From Vicugna vicugna (taxonomy: Eukaryota), in the NCBI GenBank assembly GCA_013265495.1, contig MU058844.1, positions 12,608,184-12,672,183 on the forward strand: a stretch of 64,000 nt of DNA, written 5' to 3'. The position numbers were made by a program, and so were the translations under genes. Shown here in pieces: positions 25,691 to 39,295 of this stretch (positions within the stretch are counted from its first letter, which is position 1; each line of letters opens with the position of its first letter). Below the pieces are notes generated by a model that was not told where the DNA came from, made no database searches, and saw nothing but the letters and a program-made list of their open reading frames with translations.

Positions 25691-25814
25691 AAGATCAAAC
25701 ACATTACATAAAGGCTGTGTTCTAAATATACAAAACAGTAATTTTATACAGCCAGGTCCAAACTACATTCTTTCATGTTCAGTTAAAAATATAGGTAAAA
25801 AATGACACACTTAC

Positions 25815-25957
25815 TTTGAAAGAAACTGTACTGTAGCCCAAACGCCACCATACATTAGCCCTTTAATGAGCCAAGAATCAATATTCAGGTCTGCTATAAA
25901 CCCAACCAGCCAAATAACTAGGAAAGGCGTTCCCAGCATTACTTTCTGCCGAAATTC
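25815..25957 (-). CDS. ZDHHC17: ZDHHC17 exon 9 (first TM segments)
   Basis: EFRQKVMLGTPFLVIWLVGFIADLNIDSWLIKGLMYGGVWATVQFLS(K); tacag acceptor, gtaagt donor; 143 nt. Confidence 0.97.
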
Positions 25958-27219
25958 CTGTATAGAAAAAAACAGAGGGAAAGTTTTGCATGCTTCAAGT
26001 AACCTCAATGTGAATCACTATAATCTCTGTGAAAATGTACAACAGGGGTGAAATTCATTGATTCTGCCTACTGTGTGCAGATACTATTCAAGGTGTTAGT
26101 CTCTGTCTTCTAGAGAGTGGCACTAAATAAAAATTTAAAAGTACTTGGTGTGGAAAATGAGATCAGAAGTTGTAGGAGTGAGTCCAGATAGTCAGATACA
26201 GAAGACAGCAGTACCACCTTCTAACACAGTGGATGGGCTAGAAAACAGCTCATGAAAATACCACCCCATTTTAACACATGCATTGATAACCAAGGAGACC
26301 AGGGCAACCAGAATGACTGCAGGTCTAAGAGCTACGTCAGACAAGGAAACCTGAGTATGCTTAGCCTGGAGAAGATATTTCGAATGATACACAGAAACAG
26401 TATATTAAAGCCTTAAAGTAAAACAGAGAATAAAATCAATCTACAGGATCTCAGAGTCCATAAAGGAGATTATGTGGTTCTGAAAACATATCAAAGCAGA
26501 ATACTTAGTATTTCAGATGCAGTTCTATTTCATTTTTGTACTGATCTAATTACTGGAAGTACTCTCAAGTATAAAGCCTATCTACTTCCTTGTAACATCT
26601 ATCACAATTGTATCCTCAGATACAATTATCACAAGTCAACTGCCTCTTCTATGTAACAACCCTTCACAAATTTATAGGCAGCTATTCAGTCTCTTGAGTC
26701 ACTTCAGGTGATAAAACTATGTAAGATATTCCAGCAATGATCTAATTAAGCTCAGGATGTAAACATTACTTTGCTCGTTGAATATATGCCTTTCTGAAGG
26801 CCAAGATTATACTATACTTTATTTAGCATCCCTTTCATACTGTTGGCTTCTAGTAAAATAAACACTTTTTTCATATAAATGACCATGTCTTCTCCAGTTC
26901 AGCCACTGTAATTCATTTTCTGAATTAAATGTGTAATTTTAACTTAGACTAGTAACTAAATGTATCAACTTGGAAGTTTAACTTTATGCTAAAGTAAAAT
27001 ATCCTTTCAATTTGTTTTTTCATCTCTAGTATATGTGAATTTTACATCCAGCTATTAGAGAGGGTTTTACAACTGGGAGGAACAAGCATATTGGTAAAGG
27101 TGGGTATCAGTGGGAGAAAAGGTGGACATGTGTCATATAAAAAATATTTTCTAAAATTATCTTTAATTTGGTTTGTTTTTAGTCAAGACACTTGTTTTCC
27201 CCAGCAATGGCCACATTAT

Positions 27220-27760
27220 TAAAAATTAAAATAAAATTTACACACAGTAAAATTCACCCTTTTCTGTGTACAGTTCTCCAGGTTTTGATTAATATACATA
27301 GTTGTGTAACCAGCATGAAAATCAAGACACAGATCAGTGCTATTGAGCTGTGAAATAACCTGCACCATGAGGCCTGACCCCTGGCAAACACTAATCTGAT
27401 TTCTATCCCTCTATTTTTTCCTTTGCCGGAATATCACATAAAAGGAATCATACTGAATGCAGTCTTTTAAATCTGGCTTCTTTCCTCAGAGAATGCATTT
27501 GACATTTATCTACGTTGTTATGTGTATTAGTAGTTCCTTTTTTAATGCCAAGTAGTATTTCATTACAGGGTGTATCACAGTCTGGCTATGCATTCCCCAG
27601 CTAAGGGATTAAGAGTTGTTTCTGGTTTCTGATGATTGTGAATAAAGTCATCATAAACACATGTAACTTTCTGTGTGAACACAAGTTCATTTCACTTGGA
27701 TAAATACATATACATATGATTTCCGGATTTTCTTCCAAGTTGTTATTTAACATACACATT
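27220..27760 (-). mobile_element. Old L1 3' end (L1MC/L1ME-like)
   Basis: acagtaaaattcaccctttt...gtacagttc, cccctggcaaacactaatctg, tctggcttctttc. Confidence 0.75.
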
Positions 27761-27924
27761 ATAATATTACAAAGATGTAATGGTGATGCACTGCTTGTGT
27801 AGATATAAAAAATCCATTTTCTTTTATACTATGGAACTTTTCAAATATATAGTAAATTTGAAAGGATTTTATAGTGAATATCTGTATACTCACCACCTAG
27901 ATTCTAAAATTCAGTAGTCTGTTT

Positions 27925-30320
27925 TTAAATTAAACTCTTTATTTTGAAATAATTGTAGATTCACATGCAGTTTTAATAAATAGCATAGACAGATCCCAAG
28001 TACTCCTTATCCAGGGTTCCCAAATGGCTAATAACACCTTGCAAAACAGCAGTATAATACCATATCCAGGATACTGACATTGCCATGATTTAGATACACA
28101 GTCTTTCCATCACTACCAGGATTTCTCATGTTGTTCTTTTACAGTAACTTCCCTCATACCCTACCCCTCATCCCCATATTAACCTCTGCCAACCACTATT
28201 CTGTTCTACATTTCCATAATTTTGTCATTTCAAGAATTTTATATAAATGGAATTATACAGTGTGTAACTTTATAGGATTGGCTTTTCACTCACTGCATGT
28301 ACCATTAGTTTATTCCTTTTTTTTGTTGTTGAGGAATATTTCACGGTGTGAATGTGTCAGTTTGTTTAATCATTTACTCCTTGAAAATGGACTTTGAGGT
28401 TGTTTCCATTATAAGTAAAGCTGCTATAAACATTCACATACAGATTTTTGTGTGAATATAAGTTCTCATTTCTCTGGGATAAATGCTTAGGAGTATAGTT
28501 TTGGGTTGTATGGTAATTGCAAGTTAAGTTTTTTAAAAGAAACTGCCAAACTATTCTCCAGGGTGCTGTACTGTTTTACATATATATCCACCAGCAATCT
28601 GAGACTTTCTGCATCCTCACCAGCATCTGGTGTTCTTACAACTTTTTATTTCATTCTGATAGGTGCTTAACAGTAAGTCACTGCACTTTGAATTTGCATT
28701 TCCCTAATCACTAATATAGTGTTGAACGTCTTTTCATGTGCTTATCTGTCATTTTTATATCTTCTTTGGAAAAAAAAATCTCCTCTTGTCTTTAGCCTAT
28801 TTTCTAGTTGGATTATTTGATTTTTCACTGTTGGGTGTTCAAAGTTCTTTATATTTTCTGGAAATTAGTCCTTTGTTGGATATGTGGCTTGTAAATACTT
28901 TCTCCCAGTCTGTCTTTTCATCTTAATAACAGGGTTTTGCAGAGGACAAAAGGGTTTAATTTTGATGACACCCTAATGATCAACTTTTACCTTTATGGAT
29001 TATGCTTTTCATTTCAAATCTCTTTGCCTAGCCCTAGATTTTTACAGTTTTATACTTATGTCTTTAACCATTTTGAGTTAATTTTTTAAAATACAGTGTG
29101 GGCTTTAAGTAGAAGTTTATTTTTTTGCCTCTGCACATCTAAATGTCCCAGGATCAATTATCAAAAAGACTGTCTTCCCTCCACTGAAGTACTCTTACAC
29201 TTCTGTCAAATGCCAGTGGGCATATCTCTCTGGTTCTATTTCCAGGTTCTCTATTCTGTTCCACTGACCGCTTTATTCCTCCAGCAACACCACAGAATCT
29301 TGATTACTGTAGCTACACAGCAGGTCTTAAAACTGCATACGATTCTTCTTTTTCAAAATTGTTTTAGCTATTCTAAGTCCACTGCCTTTCCATATAAATT
29401 TTAGAAGAACCTTGGTTATACAGATTAAAAATCTTGTTGGAACTATTTAATTACATTAAATCTGTGTATTAATTTGGGAACAACTGATACATTTACTATG
29501 CTGAGTCTTCCAATTCATGAACACAGTATGTCTCTTCATTTATTTAGATCATCCTTGATTTCTTTCACTGGCATTTAAAAATTTTCAGTATACAAGTACT
29601 TTATTTGTATTTACACCTAAGTATTTAAATCTTTTTCTTTTTTTTGAGCGATTTTAAGCAGTACTGTATTTTCAATTTTGGTGTCCACATGTTTATTGCA
29701 AATAATTAGAAATTTAAAATGTTTATATTTTACTTTATATCCTGTGACCTTGCTAAATTCAGTTATTAGTTCTAGGAGTTTATTTTGTAGATTCCTTGAG
29801 ATTTTCTACATAAACAATCGTATCAGTCACAAATAGGGATTTTTTATTATTTTTTTCCTTTCTGATCTATATGCCTTTTAATTTCCTTTTCTTGCTTTAT
29901 TTTACTAGCTAGAACTTTTGGCACTATGTTGAATAAAAACCAATAATATAAATATCCCTGCCTTGTTAGGGGGAAAGTATTCAGTCTTTCACCATTAAGT
30001 ATGATGTTACATGAAGGTTTTATACATACTCTTTATAAAATTCAGAAAATTCTCCTCTATTCCTATTTTTCTGATTTTTATCATGAATGGATATTGATTT
30101 CATGAAATTTTTTTTTCTGTATTGATTGATAAAATCATGAGATTTTTCTTCTTCATTTTTGCTGATAGGCTACACTGAATAATTTCTGAATATTAAATGA
30201 GTCTTGCATCCTTGAGATAAACCAAATTTGGTCACAGTTCCTTTTATATATAGCCAACTTCTATTTATTAATATTTTGTTAAGAATTTTTGAGGCTATAT
30301 TCACGAGGAATATTGGTATA
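27925..30320 (-). mobile_element. Old L1 (3'UTR and distal ORF2), host of the nested insertions
   Basis: Continuous T-rich antisense L1 motifs (ttgaaataattgtagattcacatgcagt, ctgagtcttccaattcatgaaca, cagtctttcaccattaagtatgatgtt); interrupted at tattggtata|ta. Confidence 0.88.
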
Positions 30321-30322
30321 TA

Positions 30323-30425
30323 CAGGCATACCTCGGAGATATTGTAGGTTCAGTTCAATATCACTGCAAAAAAGTGAATATCAGAATAAAGCAAGTAACA
30401 AATAAAGCAAGTAAAAGTTTTGTTT
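30323..30425 (+). mobile_element. Tigger1-type DNA transposon, left part
   Basis: ta|caggcatacctcggagatattgtaggttcagttc, the Tigger1 TIR. Confidence 0.88.
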
Positions 30426-33400
30426 GGAGAGGTAGCCAAAATATCAAAGTAGGATAACCCTGAATTCACCTCCTCACAAGGACATGCTCAAATTACAACC
30501 ACTTACAGAGCAACTGTCTATGAGTATGATCTGAAGATTAGCAAAACAGATTTTCCATAACTAAAGAAACAAAGAAGGAACTACAATGTGACAGGTAAGA
30601 GGGGCGGAGACATGATATAATTGGGGCTTAAACCCCCAAGGTGAGTGATCCACAAATAGAAGGAATATCACAATCGTAGAGGTCCTTCCCAAAGAAGGGA
30701 TGAGCCTCAGCCCACCAGCCCAGGGGTCCTGCACAAGGAGAAAAAGCCCCCAGAACATCCGACTTGGAAAACCAGAAAAGCCCATGTGCAGAAGAGCTGG
30801 AGGGCTGTAAGAAACAGAGACTGTTCTTAAACGGCACTGGAAAAATATCACATGCTCCAAGTCCCAGGACAAAGAGGCCGTGTTTTGAAACAAGTCTGGT
30901 ACAGATCCACCTGCTGATCTTGGAGAGTCCTCTGGAGAAGCAGGAGGCAAATAAGAGACTCCCTGGGGATAAGGAAGCTGAGGGCAGCCATCTAGAGGAA
31001 TTCCTTCCACCCAGATAACACCACGGCTGGCAAGCACCATTTCAGAATCTTCCCTCTAGTCTATTAGCACTGGGGACCTTGCCCCACTAGCTGGGCAGCA
31101 CTAGCCTCAAGCACTGCACCCCCACCAACCAAGGTCACCCTAACAGCCAATCAACCAGCATGATATACTACATTAACAAATTGAAGAATAAAAACCATCT
31201 GGTTACTTTAGTAGATACATAAAAAGCTTCTGACAAAATTCAACATCTATTTATGATAAAAACTCTCAACAAAGTGGGTAGAGAGGAAACACACCTCAAC
31301 ATAATAAAGACTGTATATAACAAACCCACAGCTGACATCATGCTCAATGGTGAAAAGTTGAAAGCATTTCCTCTAAGATCAGGAACAAGACAAGGATGCC
31401 CATTCTTGCCACTTTTTTTCAACACAGTATTGGAAGTCCTAGCCACGGAAATGAGACAAGAGAAAGAAATAAAAGGAAACCACATTGGAAAGAAAGAAGT
31501 AAAACTCTCACTGTTTGCAGATGGCATGATACTATAAAGAGAAAACTCTAAAGACACCACCAAAAAACTATTAGAACTAATAAGTGAATTCAGTAAAGTT
31601 GCAGGATAGTTACAATAAATTCATAAACAAAGCTCTGTTGTTTCTATACACTAATAAAAACTATGATAAAGAGAAATTAAGAAAACAATCCCATTTACAA
31701 ATGCATCAAAAAAATACAACACCTAGGAATATATCTAACTAAAGAGGTTGTACTCTGAAAAGTATAAGACTTGATGAAAGAAACTGAAGATGACATACAA
31801 GTGGAAAACCATATCCTTCTCATGGATTGGAAGAATACTGTTAAAGTGACCATATTACCCAAGGCAATCTACAGGTTCAGTGTCGTTCCTATCAAAATGC
31901 CAATGGCATTTTTCACAGAACTACCACAAGAAATTCTACAATTTGTATGGAAACACAAAAGATTGAACAGTCACACCAATCTTGAGAAAGAAGAACACAG
32001 CTGAAGTATCATATGCCCTGATTTCAAACTATACTGCAAAGGTACAGTAATCAAAACAGTATGACACTGGCACAAAAACAGACATACACAATGGAAGAGA
32101 ACAGAGCTCAGAAAGAAACCCATACTTACACAATCAACTAATCTACAACAAAGGAGGCAAGAATATAAAATGAAGGAAAAAAAAAAGAACCTTTTTCTTA
32201 AATGGTGTTAGAAAGACTGGACAGCTACATATAAATGAATTAAACTGGACTAGTTTTCCAGAAACCATAAAACTCCTAGAAGAATACATAGGCAGTATGC
32301 TCTTTGACATTGGTCTTAGCAATATTCTGGGGAGCCTTTCTTCTCAGGCAAGGGAAACAAAACCCAAAATAAACAAATGGGATTGCATGAAACTAAAGTT
32401 TTTCCACAGTAAAGGAAACTAACACCAACAACAAAAAATGGGGAAAAAAAGAAAAGGCAGCCCACTAAATGGGAAGAGGTATTTGCAAATGATGCATCTG
32501 ATAAGGGGTTGATAGCCAATATATACAAAGAACTCACACAACTCAACATCAGAAAAAAAAAGAAAAAGCCCCCAAAACAAAAAACAACCCAATTAAAAAG
32601 TGGGCAGAAGAACTGAATAGACATTTTTTTAAAGAACACATACAGCCATATAAACAGATGCTCAACATCATTAATCAACAGAGAAATGCAAATCAAAACC
32701 ACAATAAGATACCACCTCACACCTGTCAGAATGGCTATCATCAAAAAGACAAGAAATAACAAACGTTGGTGAGGATATGAAGGGAATCCTTGCACTGTTG
32801 GTAGAACTGTAAACTGGTACAGCCGCCATAGAAAACAGTATGGAAAGTCCTTGAGAAATTAAAATTAGAACTACCACATGACCCCACAATTTCACTTCTG
32901 GGTATTCACCCGAAGAAAACAAAAAGATTAATTTAAAAAAATACGTACACCTCAACATTCACTGCCATAGTATTTACAAAGCCAAGATACAGAAGCAACT
33001 TATGTGACCACTGATAGATGAATGGATACAGAAGATGTAACCTATATTATACATACAATGAAATATTACTTAGCATTACAAAGAAGGAAATCTTGCCATC
33101 TGTGACAACCTGAATGGATCTAGAGGTATTATGCTAGGTGAAATAAGTCAGAGAAAGACAAATACCGTATGATCTCACTTACATATGATCTCACTTACAT
33201 GAGGAATCTAAAGAAACCAAACAAACAAAACAAAAACAGACTCAGAATCACAGAGAACAAATAGGTGGTTGCCAGAGGGGAGAAGATTGGGGTGGGGCAG
33301 GGGATATGTGAAGAGGATTAAGAGGTACAAACTTCCAGTTATGAAATAAATAAGACATAGGATGTAATTCACAGTGTAAGGAATATAGTCAATATTTTAA

Positions 33401-33529
33401 TAAATTTGTACAGGGACAAATGGTTACTAGACTTATGTGGTGATCATTTCATAATGCACACAGATGTCAAATTACTACATAGTACCTCTGCAACAGAAAT
33501 AATACTGTATGCAACTATAATTCAATTTA
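30426..33529 (+). mobile_element. Internally deleted L1 (5'UTR, distal ORF2 and 3'UTR) inserted in Tigger1
   Basis: TSD aaaagttttgttt (30413-30425) / aaaagttatgttt (33530-33542); RT relic [50 protein letters not shown]...[11 protein letters not shown]. Confidence 0.9.
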
Positions 33530-33859
33530 AAAAGTTATGTTTACACTATACCACAATCTATCAGATGTGCAATAGCATTTTGTCTAAAAAACCAATGTAC
33601 ACACTTTAATAAAAAAATACTTTATTGCTAAAAAATGCTAACCATCATCTAGATGATTCTTTAGTAAGTCATAATCTTTTTGCTGGTGGTGGGTCTGAAA
33701 TATTACAAGAATTACCAAAATGTGACATGGAGACACAAAGTGAACAAATGCTGTTGGAAAAAAGGCACCAACAGACTTGCTTAATGCAGGGTTGCCACAA
33801 ACCTTCGATTTGTAAAGAAGTGAAGTATCTGTGAAATGCAATAGAACGAGGTATGCCTG
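33530..33859 (+). mobile_element. Tigger1-type DNA transposon, right part (internally deleted)
   Basis: Continues Tigger1 sequence and ends gaacgaggtatgcctg|ta, the inverted repeat of caggcatacctcg. Confidence 0.88.
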
Positions 33860-33861
33860 TA

Positions 33862-36290
33862 GTTTTCCTTTTTGTACTATCTTCATCTGGTTTTGGTATC
33901 AGGGTAACACATACCATTTCCATGCTGTTACTTGCCTATATAAGCAACTTGTCAATATCTTGTATCTGAAGTGAGTTTCTTACAGACAGTATATGGTTGA
34001 GTCTCACTTTATAATCAACAGTGCCAATACCTGTCTTTTAACTGGTATATGTAGACCATTTACAGTTAATTATTGATATGCTAAGGTTTAAATCCAAAAT
34101 TTTATTTTTTATTTTCCATTTGTTCTATGTTTTTGCTTATTTCCTTTTTCCTGCCTTCTTGTGGGTTACTGAAAGGCTTTTTAGAATTCTATTTTATCTA
34201 GTGTGTCTGAGTCTCTCTGTATAGCTTTTTTAGTAGTTACTCTAAGTATTATATAAACATAAACATACTACAGTGTACTGGTGTCATCATTTATCAATTC
34301 AAGTGAAGTGTGGAAATCTCACCTTCTTTTATGTCCCTCTACTTTTCCTTGCTTATATCATAAATTGTTTCAAATATGTTCCCTACATACACTTAGATCC
34401 ACCACATCAAACCGTATTACAATTTTTGCTTCAACTGTCAAGCATAATTTGGAAGATGTAGGATGAGAAGGAAAGTCTACTATATTAACCTATAATTTTG
34501 CTTACCATGATCTTACATTCCAAGATTCTTTTTTATAATTTCCCATATGTTTAGAGAACTTCTCTTAGTCATTTTTTTTTTTAGGGTAGGTCTGCTGGCC
34601 ACAAATTCTCCTTGTTTTCTTTTATCTGAAAATGTGTTGAATTCTCCTTCATTCATGAAAGATATTTTCACTGGATATAGGATTCCGAGTTGACAATTCT
34701 TTCCATTCAGCACTTGGAAAATGGGACAGTCCCTTCTGCCTCTATGGTTTCTGATGAGAAATTCACTGTTGTTTTAAATTGTTTTACCCCTACTGGTAAG
34801 GAGATTTCAAGATTTTTATTTTTCAGTCTTTAGTTTCCAGAAGTATGACTATGATTCCGTGATCTGGATTTCTTTGAGTTTATATTCTGCTTAAGGTTTG
34901 TTTCACTTCTTAATCTGCAGGTTTGTCTTCTGCCAAATTTGGGGGGGGGGGTTAGCCATTGTATCTGAGTACTTTTCCAGCCCCATTTTCTTTCTCCTCT
35001 TCTTCTGGAACTCCAATCATATCAATGTTAGATATTCTGTTATTAACCACAGGTCCCTGAGGCTCTGTTCTTCCCCTTCCCACCCCTAGCTTATTTCCTT
35101 TTGTTGTTCAAATGGGTGATTTTTATTGTTCTATCTCCAAGGTCATTGATTCTTTCCTCTGTCCTTTCTCTTCTGTTGAGTACATCCATTGAGTCTTTCT
35201 TATTTTGGTTTTAAAATTTCCATTCGGTTCTTCTTTATATTCTATTTCTTATCTCTATTTCTGTGCTGAACCTCTATTTTTCACTTGTTTCAAGCATGCT
35301 CATAATTACTCACTGAGGCTTTTCATGATGGTTGTTTTAAAATCTTTTTGTCAGATAATTCTGACCACTTTTGTCATCATGTTGGCATCTACTGATTATC
35401 CTTTCATTCAGTCAGATCTTCTTGATTCTTAGTATGATGAATGATTTTCACTTGAAACCCAGACATTTTGGGTATTATGAAACACCGGATCTCATTTAAA
35501 CCTTTTCTTTTAGGTGGATTCCACTGACACAGGCAGGGGGAGGGAAGTGAGGCAGCTTCTCATTATTGCTAGGCGAGGTGGAAGTCCAGGATCCCAAGTT
35601 GGCCTCCACTGGCACCAGAGGAGGGGTTTTCTTATTACTGATGGGCAAAAGTGGGACTTCCAGCTCTCCACTATACCTGTACTGGTACCCTCCTGGCTAG
35701 GAGGGTTAGAGTGCCTCATTACTATTTCCTATGTGGTCTTCACTGATACAGCAGGGGATGGGAGCTCATTAACACCCAGTGGGGAAGAAAGTCCCAACTC
35801 TCTACTCCACCTTCTCTGTCACCATGCCAGGAGAGAAGTTAGGACACATAGTTACAGCCTGGTAAGGGTGGAGGTCTGGGCCTTCACTGGTGTGAATCAG
35901 AGTGGGGCCACAGTTTTTTCCACGGTGCTTGGCTGCAGTTGAAAGTTATTTTCTAAAAGTTTTTGTCTTGCTAAATAAGCTGCCTCCTTTATGGTCCTTT
36001 GACTGAAAAAGTAGTCTTTTGCTGAGACCTTTTTTGTCTGTACACATTCATGATTGTAGGTTGTTGGCTTTGTCAGCTCCTCTTCTGGGAAATATGAGGC
36101 AAAAAAAGAAAATGTAGGGAACTCACCAGCATGTCATTTTTTGGGTCCTGAGCTCCCTACCTGCTCTGCCTTCTTCTCTACATCTTCCAGAGTCTTCTTA
36201 TATTTGTTTTGTACATAATGTCCAGGATTTTTGGTTGTACTTAGTGGGAAGGAATAGGGAAAAATACATCCACTCCATCTTTCCAGATTT
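33862..36290 (-). mobile_element. Old L1 continuation (ORF2 piece, ORF1 and 5' region)
   Basis: Resumes gttttcc...tctggttttggtatcagggtaa after the TA; ORF1 relic NCQLGILYPVKISFMNEGEFNTFSDKRKQGEFVASRPTLK. Confidence 0.8.
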
Positions 36291-38145
36291 ACTTTCACAT
36301 AATCAATGAACAATATTAAAGAGTAATATATGTGAAATTCCTACTGTTAACAAAAGGGACTGTAGGTTTTTTAATGTTGGGAAATACTAATTTAGAGATT
36401 TCCTTTTAACTTACTAGTAAGAAACACTTATGTAACCATAAATCCACCTAAAATCTTTAAACCTTAGAAACTGAAAAGCTTTTAAAATAGTTTTCTAAGA
36501 TCAAGATCCCCTCAATTTCTGCCTATTATCACTGTCCAAAAATAATTTTCTTCCTTTTGGGATGACTTATTTTTAGTAAAATGCTATTGAGTCCCAGGCA
36601 TCATTATTTTCTTGTTTTGTTTTAAATACAGAACATATTTCACAGACTAGCAAATCAAGTCATGTTCATGATTTAAATTTTTCTAATGTGAGATGGAAAG
36701 AGAATAGTCTACAAAAAGACAAATACTTAATTTCAAAAGCCTCCAGACATCATATATTTTTATCTAGTGACCTTTTTAAAAATGCATGTTTAAAATTACT
36801 AACAGCAAAAAACAAAACCAAAAAAATCAGGAATATTCAAACTTTTGAACTGATTACAATAATATACAAATGTTAATAAAATTGTGCTTAACTTTTTAAT
36901 GAGGTTCTCTTTTAAAAAAGAAACCATATCCAAACTCATAAACCTAATATCCAGTTCATTATCACTATACTAAATAACTTTATACATTTATAAACATCTA
37001 GAATTTACAAAGTAAATATATTTAAAAATACCCTTCAGCATATTTATACTATGCAAAACAAAAGCATAAAGATTATGAGACTTTCCAAACTAATATAAGA
37101 CACAGTTATTAGTAGCCTCATTATTATGAGACATGAGCCATTTTTTACTCTACTGAGCAAAACTGCTCTAAATTTGAGAGGACAAAGCAACATCAAACTA
37201 ACTAAATAACCACTTTTAATATCGTATCTAATAGAAATGAAAGTGTTGACATGGAAGAAATGCTCCTTATTCTCAGATATGGAGCTGAAAATAGGCAAAT
37301 TTATAAACTATAAATCTGATTCTTCTGCTGTCTAAGAAATAGACGAATGAATTTTTCAGCTCATTAAGGGAGTCTGAACTCTACAAATAAATGAGGTGTG
37401 CTTTCAAGTCTGTTTCCCTTTATCCAAAATTTATCATTTTGTTCTGGGAACAGACAGATCAATGTTAACTTTATACAAACAGTATTACCACTAGAACAGT
37501 CTGAATAAGACACATAAGATATACAAGGCTTAATGTTATTCAAGTTGTTGATTATTGACAAGTTAACAAATATCTTGTCAATTGTTTAAGTACACAAAAA
37601 AATTGTCAGTCACCTAATTTTTCCTTTTTTAAGGAAATAAAATTTTAAGAAATATAGACCCCCTCTTTTTGGAAAATGTTCTCAGTTTTGAAATTATACA
37701 ATTAGGCAACTGAGCCAACAGTCATACAGTTTAGAACTGTAAGGTTCTATGGAAGATCTAAAATGAGCTTTCTATAGAGAAGTGAATAAGATTCTCTCTC
37801 TAATAAAAGTTATATCAAAAAAGAATGGAAACTTAATTATAGCTAGAGTTGTGAGTAGTTTAAAAATATGTAATAGGGCTAAGATTTTTCACAATTTATT
37901 ACTACACTAACAAACACACACAGGAAAAACTTTTATTATCTATTACTTAACAGAGGCCAGTTGAATTAATGAATTAAAGTTTATGTTAGTAGTTTACAGA
38001 GATTTAAACAAGTTCACAAATATCCATCCTTAAACTTTGCTATCTATCTTCATTTACTCTGGGTGAAATATTATTTTAAAGATTACATTGGTCAATGCCA
38101 ATGTTAAAGGCTGTAAATACTCATGCTGAGAAAGTATGCCTATGG

Positions 38146-38250
38146 TGGGGAAGGTAACAGCTCAATGGCAGAGCTCAGGATTAGCAGGCACGAGGTCCTG
38201 GGTTCAATCCAGAGGGAGGGAGGGAAGGAGGAAGGAAGGATACTTAAAAA
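38146..38250 (+). mobile_element. tRNA-derived SINE (Vic-1-like) with purine-repeat tail
   Basis: A box cagctcaatggcagagc, B box gggttcaatcc; TSD agaaagtatgcctatgg / agaaagtatgctatgg. Confidence 0.85.
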
Positions 38251-38315
38251 AGAAAGTATGCTATGGATTTTACTTAAAAAGACTACATATTGAAAATCTT
38301 CAGTCATGAATTTAC

Positions 38316-38441
38316 CTTATCAGCTTTGAGCTTTCTAAGGAAAGATGGATTGTCATATCCTTTTGCTTGCCTTGCTTCTTGCAAATGGTTGATCATCCAC
38401 ACGTTTTTTCTCTGCTTTGCCAAATCAAGTGCTGATTCGCC
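38316..38441 (-). CDS. ZDHHC17: ZDHHC17 exon 8 (last ankyrin repeat)
   Basis: GESALDLAKQRKNVWMINHLQEARQAKGYDNPSFLRKLKADK; atcag acceptor, gtaaat donor; 126 nt. Confidence 0.97.
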
Positions 38442-39295
38442 CTGATAATATAAGCAGGAGAAATTCACATTTTAAAAAATGAAAGAGAAAACAGAATATT
38501 TGTTACCCACTTTTAAAGCACTTCCATAAAAATAAACTGACTGCAGTATTAATTCATTAACACTGTTTTTCATTTGGCAAAGTCAAATTTACTTTTGACT
38601 TTACAAATTACTAAAAGACTCTAAACAATGTATTACTTATTATGCTTTCCCATTCAAGGTACAATCAGAAAATGTATTTACTCATATTATTCTATAATTT
38701 TTGTTTTTGCTTGCACTTATATTAGAAAGTAAATCAAAAAGTAGGTTTTTTGGCACCTGCTGGATCAGAGGCTATCACTCACTTTATAAGTTATTTCATA
38801 TTCTTTAAGAGTTTCATTAGTAATAATTATTGCTACAAACCATCCTGCTATAATAGTAAACTGTTAGGAGTCTCTCAGCTTAATTTCAGTAATGACAGAA
38901 GTCTGAAGGAGAGAACATGGAAGAAAAAGAAAGGGCAACCTCCTCTTCTACTACTGCTTTACTGGCATTCTTGATCATGTGAAATTCATTCAATCATCTA
39001 GAAATCTCCAGAGAGAACAAGAGCAGTAACAACAAATAGTTAAACTCATATTACAGATTTGTAGCTCCCTTCAATCTCAAAAAAAAAAAGAATGCAAGGA
39101 GTAGAATAGAACTAAAATGCTTTGAAGGAAATAAGCAACAATAATTAAGCACCCCCAATTCTAGATCTATGCTTCTTTATTCCTTTATTAATTTAAAATC
39201 CTATTTCTCCTTTTGCAAGTTAGTCAGATACCTACATTTCTATTCTGTTTAATATTGTCCACTATTTATCTACCTCTTTAAATAGAAAAGTGAAA

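Noticed and set aside
30561..31040. 159-aa antisense ORF (ORF0-like) in the L1 5'UTR
   Set aside because: Depends on the track's alternative start calling in a GC-richer decayed UTR; ORF0 is described for primate L1; no evidence of conservation.
31253..31537. Reverse transcriptase ORF as a functional RT system
   Set aside because: Plain L1 ORF2 relic with catalytic FADD changed to FADG, followed by a stop and frameshifts.
35514..35942. 142-aa ORF
   Set aside because: Antisense reading of an old L1 5' region; no coding signature.
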